Of a stretch of 64,000 nt of DNA, positions 10,301 through 18,922 are shown in pieces; the stretch's first letter is position 1, and the number at the start of each line of letters is the position of its first letter. The stretch spans positions 3,931-67,930 of the forward strand of contig JBASRN010000295.1 of NCBI GenBank assembly GCA_049273855.1, given 5' to 3'. The translations under genes and the position numbers were made by a program. The DNA comes from Blastocatellia bacterium (GTDB lineage Bacteria; Acidobacteriota; Blastocatellia; UBA7656). The notes below the pieces were generated by a model. It saw only the letters and a list, made by a program, of their open reading frames with translations. It was not told the origin of the DNA and made no database searches.

Positions 10301-10702
10301 GAACCGCGAATAACTGTTGCGCCCGGAGCGGAAGAGAACGCTCTTGCCATCGATAGTCCAGCCCGCCACGACATCCGCGCCCGGGTGATGAGTCAACCGC
10401 CGCGGGACTCCGCCCGCCGCCGAAACGGCGTAGACGTCAACGTTGCCGTCATACTCGCCGGTGAAGGCGATCATCGACCCGTCCGGCGAGAACAGCGGAT
10501 CGGTCTCGATGCCGGTTCCGGTGGTCAGACGCCGGGCGTCCCCGCCCTCTCGTGGAGCCACCCACAAATCACCGGCGCACACAAATGCGATCTGCGTGCG
10601 GCTTATGGTGGGCTTCTGAAGCAACAATGACGCGTCGGCTTGCGCAAGCGCAGCGGGTACAAGAACGAACATGACCGCGAGTATTCCGAGGGCTCTTTTC
10701 AT
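7397..10702 (-). CDS. tricorn protease homolog (beta-propeller + PDZ + S41 peptidase)
   Basis: 1101 aa with a signal peptide, WD40/TolB-like repeats (SPDG... motifs) and a C-terminal tail-specific protease-like region. Length and layout match tricorn protease. Confidence 0.85.
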   Translation of the reverse strand: MKRALGILAVMFVLVPAALAQADASLLLQKPTISRTQIAFVCAGDLWVAPREGGDARRLTTGTGIETDPLFSPDGSMIAFTGEYDGNVDVYAVSAAGGVPRRLTHHPGADVVAGWTIDGKSVLFRSGRNSYSRFSRLFTISIEGGFPVEVPLPMAFEGSFSADGSRLAYCPLPRAFNAWKRYRGGQTTAVWLARLADSSVEKVPRDNSNDFNPMWVEGKVYFLSDRNGAATLFAYDTASKRVTQVVRNDGLDIKSASAGPGAIVYEQFGSLHLLDLKTDKAHKLDIRVTGDMASVRPRFEKVGSRITNATLSPTGARAVFEARGEILTVPAEKGNARNLTRTPGAAERDPSWSPDGKWIAYFSDESGEYALHLRDQNGMGDPKKINLGNPPSFYYSPLWSPDSKKIAYTDKRLNLWYVDLDKGAPVKIDTTTYENPWRVFDPSWSPDSRWLTYTKQLKNRLGAVCVYSLEAGKSTQVTDGLSDARFASFDKSGKHIYFTASTDAGPTTGWLDMSSFSHQVTRSVYAIVLRRDLPSPLAPESDEEKVADEKKAPETQPAATGAAAAPGLPAEKPAEKKEPVTVSIDFENIGQRILALPIPARNYVGTSTGKAGTLYVLEAQPGPGPFSSAATVHKFDLEKRKTDKVLEGVSAFDVSANGEKMLFRQGERWFIAATAQPVKPGEGMLNTDEMEVWVDPRAEWKQMYGEVWRIQRDFFYDPGYHGLDLKAAEAQYARYLTSLAHRADLNYLFSEMLGELTVGHLYVGGGDAPEAKKVKGGLLGADLKIENGRYRFARVYNGENWNPQLRAPLTQPGVNVAAGEYLLAVNGRELRSNDSVYSFFEGTAGKSVVIRVGSDPNGANSREVTVVPVESETGLRNLAWIEDNRRKVDQMSSGKLAYVYLPDTGGGGYTNFNRYYFAQIDKQGAVIDERFNGGGTAADYIIDYMRRPLMSYWATREGEDFTTPVGSIYGPKAMIINEYAGSGGDAMPWYFRKAGVGPLIGKRTWGGLVGIYDYPTLMDGGLVTAPRVAFWSPEGKWDVENAGVAPDVEVEFDPQAWRAGRDPQLEKAVEVVMSNLSKNPPSTHTRPAYPNYHKPNGRDGR

Positions 10703-10852
10703 TTGATCAGGCTCCTAACAAGGGTTTAACTCAAAGGGAAGAGAAGTATCAGGCAAGAGCGTGAGTTATTCAACCTGATTGACTTGCGGGGTGGGCGTGA
10801 GGTTTTCGCGCAGACCGCGTTCTCCTGAGCTAGCCTTTCGTATTTGCCGCTA

Positions 10853-11383
10853 TCACTTGATGCCGCCGTTCAAGACTTTGACGATGGCATTGATTGTATT
10901 CCAGTTGCGCGTGCTTGCCGATACACCGAGACGCTTCTCGAGTTGGGTCAGATAAGAGATCACTCGTAGCTGCCGTCTGTACAAACCGAGGGCGAATCTG
11001 GCGCGGACAGCAATGACCTTCACCAGCCACTCATCGCCGGGCGGCAGAGTTAGTGGAAGAGCTGGAAGAGCTCGAGGACGCTTCGCCAGCACGCTGACGA
11101 AGCGGACTATGTCCGGGCCGGACGACTCATTCACAAACGGGTCGGTTGTTGCGAGATTGATTATGTCGCGCCCGGGACAAATCATGATCTCGGCTTCGAA
11201 CGGCAATCTCCGGACCAACTCGGCGCGGAGGTTCGACTGGCTGATCGGCTTGCGGACGACGAAGGTCCCCGCCGCGCCTATGTTTACAACATCGAACTCC
11301 GCCAACTCTTTTGCGAGGAGGCTTGGCTTAAAGGTCTTGTGTCCGCCCACGTTGACTCCCTTCAGGAACACGACAAATGCCAT
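10853..11383 (-). CDS. DUF1697 domain protein
   Basis: An internal Met (MAFVVFLKGVNVGG) matches the conserved DUF1697 N-terminus, so the start is placed at 11383 rather than 11440. Confidence 0.6.
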   Translation of the reverse strand: MAFVVFLKGVNVGGHKTFKPSLLAKELAEFDVVNIGAAGTFVVRKPISQSNLRAELVRRLPFEAEIMICPGRDIINLATTDPFVNESSGPDIVRFVSVLAKRPRALPALPLTLPPGDEWLVKVIAVRARFALGLYRRQLRVISYLTQLEKRLGVSASTRNWNTINAIVKVLNGGIK

Positions 11384-11526
11384 CGACTTCCTCCACAGTG
11401 CTGACACACTCGGCCAACCTACCCGAGTGGAGCCGGTCATAAAAGGCGAGCGACCTCATTCGCGGATTCGATTCGTGCGAGCCAGTGCTGACTGCAATTC
11501 AAGACCGCCTATCAAAACGATTGCTC

Positions 11527-13641
11527 CTACTGGCCAAGAATCTCTTTCACCAGTCTGTCCGCACCGTAGAGCTTCCTCATCGCCTCAACAATCGCCGCGC
11601 TGTGAACCGCGATTGCGCGGCCGCCTTCGGATTCATCAACGTACCAGTAGCGGTTCGGCAGCTTCTGAATATTGCTGTCAAAGTTCAATCCGACTATTTC
11701 AGCGTTGCGGTTGATCACCGGGCTTCCCGAGTTGCCGCCGATCGTGTCCGCCGTGTAGACGAAGTTCAAAGGCGTTGCCAGGTCCAGCTTGTCTTTTCCT
11801 TCGCGGTATCGCCGAGGCAGATCGTAGGGCGGCTTCTCGTCGAAGCTCTTCGCGCGATCGTACAACCCGAAGAATGTCGTCTTGAACGGCACGAGCGTCG
11901 TGTCTTCCTCGTAGCCCAACACGCGGCCGTAGCTGATCCGCAGGTTGAAGTTCGCATCGGGCGGCAAACTCTTCCCGTAAACGGCGAATCGCGCACTGGA
12001 GATCTTCTCGCCGGCACTCGACTCCACACGTTGAATCCTCTCGTCGAGCCATCCACGCAACTCCCGGGTTATGGGTTCAACATTGCGCGCAAGAGCTATC
12101 ATCGGGTCATCTGACTTTGCCACTCCATCAGCGCCGCCCTCTATCAGCGCCTTGCGCGCTTCAACATCCGCAAGCCTGCTCCCGCTCACCGCGCGTTTTG
12201 CCGCCGCCTGAGGAGTCGAGCCGGCGAGCGCTGCGCGCACAAACGGGTCGCCGGCCCCGAGCGTCTTCTGAGCTTCTTCGAGCCAGGCCGCGAGCAGGTG
12301 CTCTTCCATTTCGGGATAGATCGGAGCGCGGGAAAAAAGGCTGAAGCGAAACGACTCAAGGTTCGAGTCTCGGAGTTCGTCGTAACGCTGGTTGCCTGGC
12401 TTTCCGGTTTCTACGGTGTATCGAACAATCGCGGCTGCGATAGTGGCCAGGCGGGAGATTGGATTGCCGAACGGTGTGCCGAATGCATCGACACGCAAAG
12501 GGGTGAGTGTGGAAAAAGCCACGCGCTTCGCCATTTGAGGATAATCTCGGTAGGCGACCTCGATCTGATCCCAGGCCTGGCCGTAAGCCTTCTGCAGATC
12601 GGTTCGTCGCGCAACTGCGGAGCGCAGCGCTTTCTCTTCGGCCTGCTTTCTTTCCATCATTCGCGGGTTCATCAAGCCTTCCTGCTGACCGACCAATCGC
12701 TTGAGCGAGTTGCTCATCGAGCGCATTCCGCTGCCTGCCTGTCGGGCTTGCTCGGGGCCGCGTTCGGAGTACCGCGCGAGCGCATCATGCCGCGATGTCC
12801 AGACTTGTTTTTGAATCGGGTTGCCGTGGTCGCGGTGGTATTGAATCTGCCCAAGCGTCAGCAGTCGCGCGGTCGAACCGGGATTGCCCGGCGCGATCAC
12901 GAATTCGCCGCCAGCAGGTCCGGCAGCGGACCATTTGAAGTAGTTTGGGGTCTTTGCCGGCTTGCCGTTCTCGTACGCGCGAAAAAAGGCTACGTCGAGG
13001 TCGTGGCGTGGAAAGGTGAAGTTGTCGTAGTCGCCGCCAAAGAATGCAATCTGCTCTTCGACGGCAAAGACCAATCGAATGTCGGTGTACTTCTTGAAGC
13101 TATACAACCAGTGTTCGCCGCCGCTGTACAGCGAGATGACTTCGCATTTCAAGCCGGTCTTTTCGCTCGCTTCTTTTTCAATCGCGGCCAGCGCGGCCTT
13201 GCGCTGTTCGCTCGCTTCCTTGTCCGAAGCGCCCGGCTTGACGGCTGACTGGGCGCGGGCCGTCACGTCTTCGTAAGAGACCAGCACGTTGCATTCGAGA
13301 TCGGGGCACTTCAGCTCGTCGTCGTTTGTTCGCGCGTAGAAGCCTTCCCTGGTGTAGTCCTTCTCCTTAGTCGAGACCTTCTGAAGCTGGCCGCTGGCAA
13401 CGTGCTGGTTGGTTACCATCAACCCGTCTGGCGAGACGAACGAGCCCGACCCGCCATCGTTCAGCCGCACAGAGGCGAGCCTCACGTTTTCCAGCCACGC
13501 ATCGCTGGGCTCGAAGCCATGGCGCTCCTTCCACTGCTTGCGCGGCGGATTGTCGAAGGTCCACATGCCTTCGTCGGCATAGAAGGAGATCGGCTGAATT
13601 GCAAACGCCAGCAGGGTTGTTATGAATAATTGTTTCTTCAT
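11527..13641 (-). CDS. S46 family dipeptidyl-peptidase (DPP7/DPP11-like serine peptidase)
   Basis: Signal peptide followed by the hallmark ADEGMW motif. Chymotrypsin-fold GGNSGSP catalytic Ser motif near the C-terminus. Start moved to MKKQLF (13641). Confidence 0.85.
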   Translation of the reverse strand: MKKQLFITTLLAFAIQPISFYADEGMWTFDNPPRKQWKERHGFEPSDAWLENVRLASVRLNDGGSGSFVSPDGLMVTNQHVASGQLQKVSTKEKDYTREGFYARTNDDELKCPDLECNVLVSYEDVTARAQSAVKPGASDKEASEQRKAALAAIEKEASEKTGLKCEVISLYSGGEHWLYSFKKYTDIRLVFAVEEQIAFFGGDYDNFTFPRHDLDVAFFRAYENGKPAKTPNYFKWSAAGPAGGEFVIAPGNPGSTARLLTLGQIQYHRDHGNPIQKQVWTSRHDALARYSERGPEQARQAGSGMRSMSNSLKRLVGQQEGLMNPRMMERKQAEEKALRSAVARRTDLQKAYGQAWDQIEVAYRDYPQMAKRVAFSTLTPLRVDAFGTPFGNPISRLATIAAAIVRYTVETGKPGNQRYDELRDSNLESFRFSLFSRAPIYPEMEEHLLAAWLEEAQKTLGAGDPFVRAALAGSTPQAAAKRAVSGSRLADVEARKALIEGGADGVAKSDDPMIALARNVEPITRELRGWLDERIQRVESSAGEKISSARFAVYGKSLPPDANFNLRISYGRVLGYEEDTTLVPFKTTFFGLYDRAKSFDEKPPYDLPRRYREGKDKLDLATPLNFVYTADTIGGNSGSPVINRNAEIVGLNFDSNIQKLPNRYWYVDESEGGRAIAVHSAAIVEAMRKLYGADRLVKEILGQ

Positions 13642-13901
13642 CGTGTGATTCTCGTTTGTAGGATCAAGTGTCAAGCAGCTTCGACGCCGGGTAGTGGGGT
13701 AATAATGTGTTGATGCCTGGCGCCGCCTCTCCCGCCACGAAGACACTAAGACACAAAGCCGCACAAAGAAAAGCTTTGTGGAGCTTCGTGTCGTTGGTGA
13801 CTTAGTGGCGAGACTCTTCTCAACACGCTATTGCACCACTACCCGACGCCGAGATCAAACTCCGCGCCTTTGCGCTTCTGCGGTGAACCGGCAAAGCAGT
13901 A

Positions 13902-14912
13902 CTATGTCGGCTGCGTACGAAACCGCGCTGCTTCGAGCCGTTCGTATACCGGAGAAAGCCAATGCTCCACCGCCTGAAGCACAGCGGCGGTTGCCGTAAC
14001 TCGTTTTGCTTTCAAGTCGCTCGTGAACTCAACCGAAGGGTTCTTGGCATCGAACTGGGCGACCCGCCGGAGAGTTTCCAGGTCGGAAGACGCGTGCTCG
14101 ACGCGAAAGAAATCGGGAATCTCCGTCCATGCAGCTTCGGGCAATTGCTCGTAGTTGATCATCATCCCGCCAAAGCTCCGTTGATGGGAAAGAGCCGCTT
14201 CGCACGCGCACGCAAGAACTCTAGCGCAGTACTGCTCGGGTTGCATATCGTAAGCCTCAGATACCGTCATCCCGAAGAGCTCAGGCTCGATCGCGCCTGG
14301 AACCATGTGAGCGCCTCGTCGCGCCAGTTGCGAGGCCAATACTTCGACGGGGTTCCGATACAGGAAGATCCACGGTACGTCCGGATAAGCTCGATGAATA
14401 AGCGGCAAGTCCAGCGCGCTCCAGCTATCGAATTTGATGAATAGCTGTTTTTCGTCGCCGCTTCTTCTCTGGGCGAGAGCGCTCACCATCCATCGTAGCC
14501 ACTCGGCACGCCGCTGGTCGCTTAGCAGTGGGTCTCTAAACTTCGCTCGAAGCACCGAATCGATCGGACCAGATTCGGAGAGCACCACGCTCCCGGCCAG
14601 CGCCGCCAGCAACTGCGACACCAGCGTCGAGCCGCAACGCGACATGTGAAAGATAAATCCTCGCGGGTGAAGACCCGGCTCGATCGCGTGATGCTCGGCA
14701 AGCGTGTCAAGCGAGGTTTGCGGCCGAAACATCGAGCTGAACGGAAGCTGCAGCGCTGCGTCGATGGTCTGGTTGAAGAATGGTTCAGCGTATGGCCGGG
14801 TGCCGACCCAGCACCAATCGATGAGCGGACGGCTGCCCTCCCAGTAGACGCGAATCGGTACCCAGCCGCGGAGTTGACTGGCCCTCACGCTCACACCCAC
14901 CTCTCGATCCAC
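13902..14912 (-). CDS. sulfotransferase family protein
   Basis: P-loop-like PAPS-binding segment FIFHMSRCGSTLVSQLL and the overall sulfotransferase layout. Its 5' end overlaps the upstream gene by about 22 nt, so the true start may be internal. Confidence 0.6.
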   Translation of the reverse strand: MDREVGVSVRASQLRGWVPIRVYWEGSRPLIDWCWVGTRPYAEPFFNQTIDAALQLPFSSMFRPQTSLDTLAEHHAIEPGLHPRGFIFHMSRCGSTLVSQLLAALAGSVVLSESGPIDSVLRAKFRDPLLSDQRRAEWLRWMVSALAQRRSGDEKQLFIKFDSWSALDLPLIHRAYPDVPWIFLYRNPVEVLASQLARRGAHMVPGAIEPELFGMTVSEAYDMQPEQYCARVLACACEAALSHQRSFGGMMINYEQLPEAAWTEIPDFFRVEHASSDLETLRRVAQFDAKNPSVEFTSDLKAKRVTATAAVLQAVEHWLSPVYERLEAARFRTQPT

Positions 14913-15703
14913 GCGCGGCGGTTTCTTCGATACGCCTGTTCGACGTCAAGCGCATTGAAGGGGCAGCCGCGCTCTTCGCCCAGGCGGACAACCAGGTCGA
15001 TAAAAAGACGCCTGTCCTTTACCTGTCTGAGCCTCTCCTGAAGACCTTCGTCATCGAAAACCAGGCGGCAAAATCTCTCCAGGCTTTCTGGAGATGGAAG
15101 TCCGGAGACTGCAGAAGATGAAACGACAGTCGTTTCGATAGACCGGCTCGCCGAGGCCACAAGCGAAAGAAGCCAGTCATCAACGGCGCAGTCAATGACC
15201 AGGTGCACGCGATCGGCGTTGCTGCGATTCTCGACTTTGTGGGGCAGGTTGGCGTTGATGTACCAGCACTCGCCCGCTAGCATAACGACTCGTTCGGCGT
15301 TGAGATAGAACTCGACAAGCGGGTCGGTGGTGATGGGTATGTGCAACCTGACCTCGCCGTCTTCGAGGCTCAGGTTGTAGTCGCGGTGCTCGATGACTCG
15401 CGCGGCGGGACCGAGCTTTAGAAGCCGCGCCGACTTCAGCGGGCACTGAAGCGCCGCAAGGACGCGCCGGAGCGAGGGACACCGCGCCAGCACCTGGGTG
15501 TCCCGAAATGGTTCGGTTGTCCCGGGGTCGGAGTAGAGCCGCTTCCCCGCACTCTCGACCGCACGAAGCGCCACACCGCTCCATTCGCCCTCGTAATAGC
15601 GGTCGTTGAAGTGCCGAACCCACTCGTCGGACGATATATTTTTCAGATCAGACTTCAGACCCTCGGGATCGAAGCTGAGTGGAAGTTTCAGACAGCTTTG
15701 CAT
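14891..15703 (-). CDS. aspartyl/asparaginyl beta-hydroxylase family (cupin, Fe/2-oxoglutarate) protein
   Basis: Y-x-G-x-W-x-V-x-L box (RYYEGEWSGVALR) and the HRD...LHIPI cupin region. C-terminal tail of about 80 aa of unknown function. Confidence 0.65.
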   Translation of the reverse strand: MQSCLKLPLSFDPEGLKSDLKNISSDEWVRHFNDRYYEGEWSGVALRAVESAGKRLYSDPGTTEPFRDTQVLARCPSLRRVLAALQCPLKSARLLKLGPAARVIEHRDYNLSLEDGEVRLHIPITTDPLVEFYLNAERVVMLAGECWYINANLPHKVENRSNADRVHLVIDCAVDDWLLSLVASASRSIETTVVSSSAVSGLPSPESLERFCRLVFDDEGLQERLRQVKDRRLFIDLVVRLGEERGCPFNALDVEQAYRRNRRAWIERWV

Positions 15704-15886
15704 TGCACGCTTGTGAGGACGCCGATGTAATGTTCAAGATTCAGAAGGTGAATGAAACCCTGCCTTCCTGCCACCAAGACACCGGAACACGAAGCACCGC
15801 GAAGCGTGGAAAGTCTTGCGTTCGTTGACTCGGTGCGGCTTCGTGGCTTTGACTCTTTGTGGCGCTACCCGTTTTTCAGCATACTG

Positions 15887-17284
15887 CTAGAACCCCACCT
15901 GACCTATGGACTTCTTATCAATCCTGGACGCGTACTTCTTCGCGACGGATTCGATCTCGCCGGCCTTTCCGATCAACACGAACACCAGATTCTCCAGGGG
16001 GAAATACTGTTTGATAACCCGCTGGGCGTCAGCCATCGTCATCGAGTCGATCTTCGTGGTGTAGCTGTTAACGTCGCTCGCATCCAATCCATAGAACTCG
16101 AGCTGAACAAGCAATTCGGCGAGCTGATCGCTGGTCTCGATGGTCGGCGGGAATTGTCCCTTCAAATAAGTCTTCGCCGACTTCAGATCCTCTTCGGTGA
16201 CTCCGTTCTCGTGAAGCCGCTTCAGGATCTCGAGCGTCATATCGATCGCCTTCTCGGTTGTCTCGTTGCGCGTGTAAGTCGAGATCACAAACGGTCCCGG
16301 AGTCTGATGCTGGATGAACGAGGACCGCGCGCCGTAGGTCAGCCCGGTCTTTATGCGAAGCTCGGTGTTGAGCATCGAGGTGAACCGTCCGCCGAACAGG
16401 GTGTTGATCACTTGAACGAAAACGCGATCGGGATTCGTGCGAGCGATGCCGAGATTACCGATCTGAAAAAACGTCTGAGTCGAGTCGGGTTTATCGACCA
16501 GCAACAGCTTCTTGCCCACAAACGCAGGTGCTTCGATACGCCTGACTCCCGTCTCTGCAGGTGCCTTCCAGCCGCCGAACCTCGAAGTCAGCGTTCGTTC
16601 CATCTCAGCAATGTCAAAGTCTCCGACGACCGCGATTGTCGTGTTCCCCGGCGTATAATGAGTTTGATAAAACTTCACGACGTCGTCGCGTGTGATTGCG
16701 GCGATAGACTTCTCGTCGCCGCTCGTCGGACGGCCGTACGGATGACTGCCGTAGAGGTACGCCCGGAAGTAGTTGCCGATAACTGCCTGAGCCTGATCTT
16801 TGGCGGCTTTGACTTCGTCGACCCGTTGCTTCAGCAGCTTGATGACTTCGTTTTGAGGAAAGGTGGGATTGAGCACGACGTCCGCCAGCAGATCGAGCCC
16901 CCTGGCGATGTCCTTTTTCACAAACTCGGCGGTTCCGTTTGAATAATCAAATGTCGCATCGGCGCCGAGTTCTCCGCCGACAAAGTCGAGCTCGTTCGAT
17001 ATCTGGTCGGCGCTGCGAGACTTTGTGCCTTTCCGAAGGAGCGCCGCGGTTGCCGACGCCGTGCCTTCTTTGCCCGCCGGGTCGCCGGCCGACCCGGCGC
17101 TTAAAATGAAGTGGAAGCTGATGATTGGGACTTCGTGCTGCTCCATCAGTAGGAGGGTGAGGCCGTTGTTGAGCCGAATCTTCTTGAACGGCGGCAGCTT
17201 CAACGCGCCGTTCTCGGCTCCGGCCGGCCCAATCGTCGAGAAAGTGAACAGCCCGATTAGCGCAAGTATGAACAATCGTTTCAT
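15887..17284 (-). CDS. M16 family peptidase, non-catalytic (HxxEH-less) subunit, secreted
   Basis: Insulinase-like fold without the HxxEH motif. Signal peptide MKRLFILALIGLF. Adjacent to a catalytic M16 partner. Confidence 0.75.
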   Translation of the reverse strand: MKRLFILALIGLFTFSTIGPAGAENGALKLPPFKKIRLNNGLTLLLMEQHEVPIISFHFILSAGSAGDPAGKEGTASATAALLRKGTKSRSADQISNELDFVGGELGADATFDYSNGTAEFVKKDIARGLDLLADVVLNPTFPQNEVIKLLKQRVDEVKAAKDQAQAVIGNYFRAYLYGSHPYGRPTSGDEKSIAAITRDDVVKFYQTHYTPGNTTIAVVGDFDIAEMERTLTSRFGGWKAPAETGVRRIEAPAFVGKKLLLVDKPDSTQTFFQIGNLGIARTNPDRVFVQVINTLFGGRFTSMLNTELRIKTGLTYGARSSFIQHQTPGPFVISTYTRNETTEKAIDMTLEILKRLHENGVTEEDLKSAKTYLKGQFPPTIETSDQLAELLVQLEFYGLDASDVNSYTTKIDSMTMADAQRVIKQYFPLENLVFVLIGKAGEIESVAKKYASRIDKKSIGQVGF

Positions 17285-17338
17285 AAGTCCAGCCTTCTTA
17301 CCGGCCCCGATCACCGGCCGCTGACAACCGCCCTCTGC

Positions 17339-18661
17339 TTACTGCTTGCCTTCCGCTTCCGGTATTAGCGTAGCCACCGTCCGATTTTTCTCTCCAAAGT
17401 ACTTCTGAGCGACGCGGCGCACGTCTTCCTTTGTTACTTTTCCGTAGTCGGCGGCGGCGCTGAAAAGCTTGTTGTAATCGCCGAAGAAAACTTCGAATGT
17501 GCCCAGGGTATTCGCGCGCCCGTCGATCGTCTTCATCTGCCGGTAGAAACTCGCAAGCAGGATGTTCTTGGCCTTCTCAAGTTCCTGATCGGACACCGGC
17601 TGAACCTTCACCTTCTCCAACTCGTCGTAGGTCGCGCTCTCGATCGCTTCGGGCTTGACTCCCTGCTTTGGCTGAGCGGTTATCGTAAACAACGTCGGGT
17701 CGATTGAGAACTCGAAGCTGCCGTCGATCGCGATTGCAAGCTGATCCTTGTCAACAACGCGCTGATACATCCGGGAGCTCTGTCCGCTAAACAGAATTGT
17801 TTGCAGAACCCGCAGCGCGTAGAAGTCGGGGCTCGAACTCTGCGGCACGTGATAGCCGATCATCAGTATCGGGAGTTGCGCGAACTTCTTCACCACGAGC
17901 CGGCGCTCGCCGAGTTGTTCAGGTTCCTGCGTCGTGACTTTTGAGGGCGGATCGTGCGACGGGATTGGCTCTATATATTTCTCTGCGAGCTTGAAGATGT
18001 CATCGGCTTTCACATCGCCCGTTACGATCATCGTCGCGTTCGAAGGCGAGTAGCCCATCGCGAAGTGCCGCTTCAAGTCGTCCATCGTCCAGCTCTCGAT
18101 ATCCACCGTCCACCCGATCACCGGCCACTGATAAGGATGCGCCGTGTAGGCGGTAGCCCAGAGCTGTTCGTTGAGGATGCCGAAGTTGTTGGACTCGACC
18201 GAAGTGCGGCGCTCGGAGGCAACGACTCCACGCTCGGATTCGATTATTTTGGGATCGAAGCTCAAGTCGCGAATCCGGTCCGCTTCAAGGTCGTAGATCA
18301 ATTCGAGCGACGAGCTGGGAAACCAATCTTGATAGGTTGTCACATCGTTGTTGGTGTACGCGTTGTTGCGTCCGCCGGCTGCTTCCATCACTCTGTCGAA
18401 CTGGCCGGGTCCGTACTTTTTCGCGCCGTTGAACATCATGTGTTCGAAGAAATGTGACAGGCCGGTCGTGCCCGGGCGTTCGTTGCGCGAGCCGATGCGA
18501 TAGAAGATGTACATCGCCGCGTTCGGAATGGAGTGGTCCTCCTGAACCAGGATCTTCATTCCGTTTTTGAGCGTGCGTGTCTGGATGTCGAAACTCTGCG
18601 CGCGGGCTAAGACCGGCGCAATCATGAGCAGCGTGAGCGCCGCGGTGACAGATCGCTTCAT
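17339..18661 (-). CDS. M16 family zinc peptidase, catalytic subunit (pitrilysin-like), secreted
   Basis: HFFEHMMFNG inverted zincin motif (HxxEH). Signal peptide. Confidence 0.8.
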   Translation of the reverse strand: MKRSVTAALTLLMIAPVLARAQSFDIQTRTLKNGMKILVQEDHSIPNAAMYIFYRIGSRNERPGTTGLSHFFEHMMFNGAKKYGPGQFDRVMEAAGGRNNAYTNNDVTTYQDWFPSSSLELIYDLEADRIRDLSFDPKIIESERGVVASERRTSVESNNFGILNEQLWATAYTAHPYQWPVIGWTVDIESWTMDDLKRHFAMGYSPSNATMIVTGDVKADDIFKLAEKYIEPIPSHDPPSKVTTQEPEQLGERRLVVKKFAQLPILMIGYHVPQSSSPDFYALRVLQTILFSGQSSRMYQRVVDKDQLAIAIDGSFEFSIDPTLFTITAQPKQGVKPEAIESATYDELEKVKVQPVSDQELEKAKNILLASFYRQMKTIDGRANTLGTFEVFFGDYNKLFSAAADYGKVTKEDVRRVAQKYFGEKNRTVATLIPEAEGKQ

Positions 18662-18922
18662 CGATTGACTCCGATTGCGGAAGAATTGACCATTTAGGCT
18701 TAGATTAGAGCAGAACGTACACGTTAACGGATGGTCAGGGTTCGATCAAGGGGGCATTATCTTGACCGCGCGCTCGGTGCAATCGGCGCGATCCATTTAG
18801 GGACGGCCCGACGCCGCCCCAAACTCTGGATTTGGCGATCGGGGGCCGCCACCGCTCGCTGGGGCGGCGGGCAGCGCCAAGGCTAAAGCTCCGGTCTGCG
18901 CGGGTGACTGCCTCGCAGCTCT

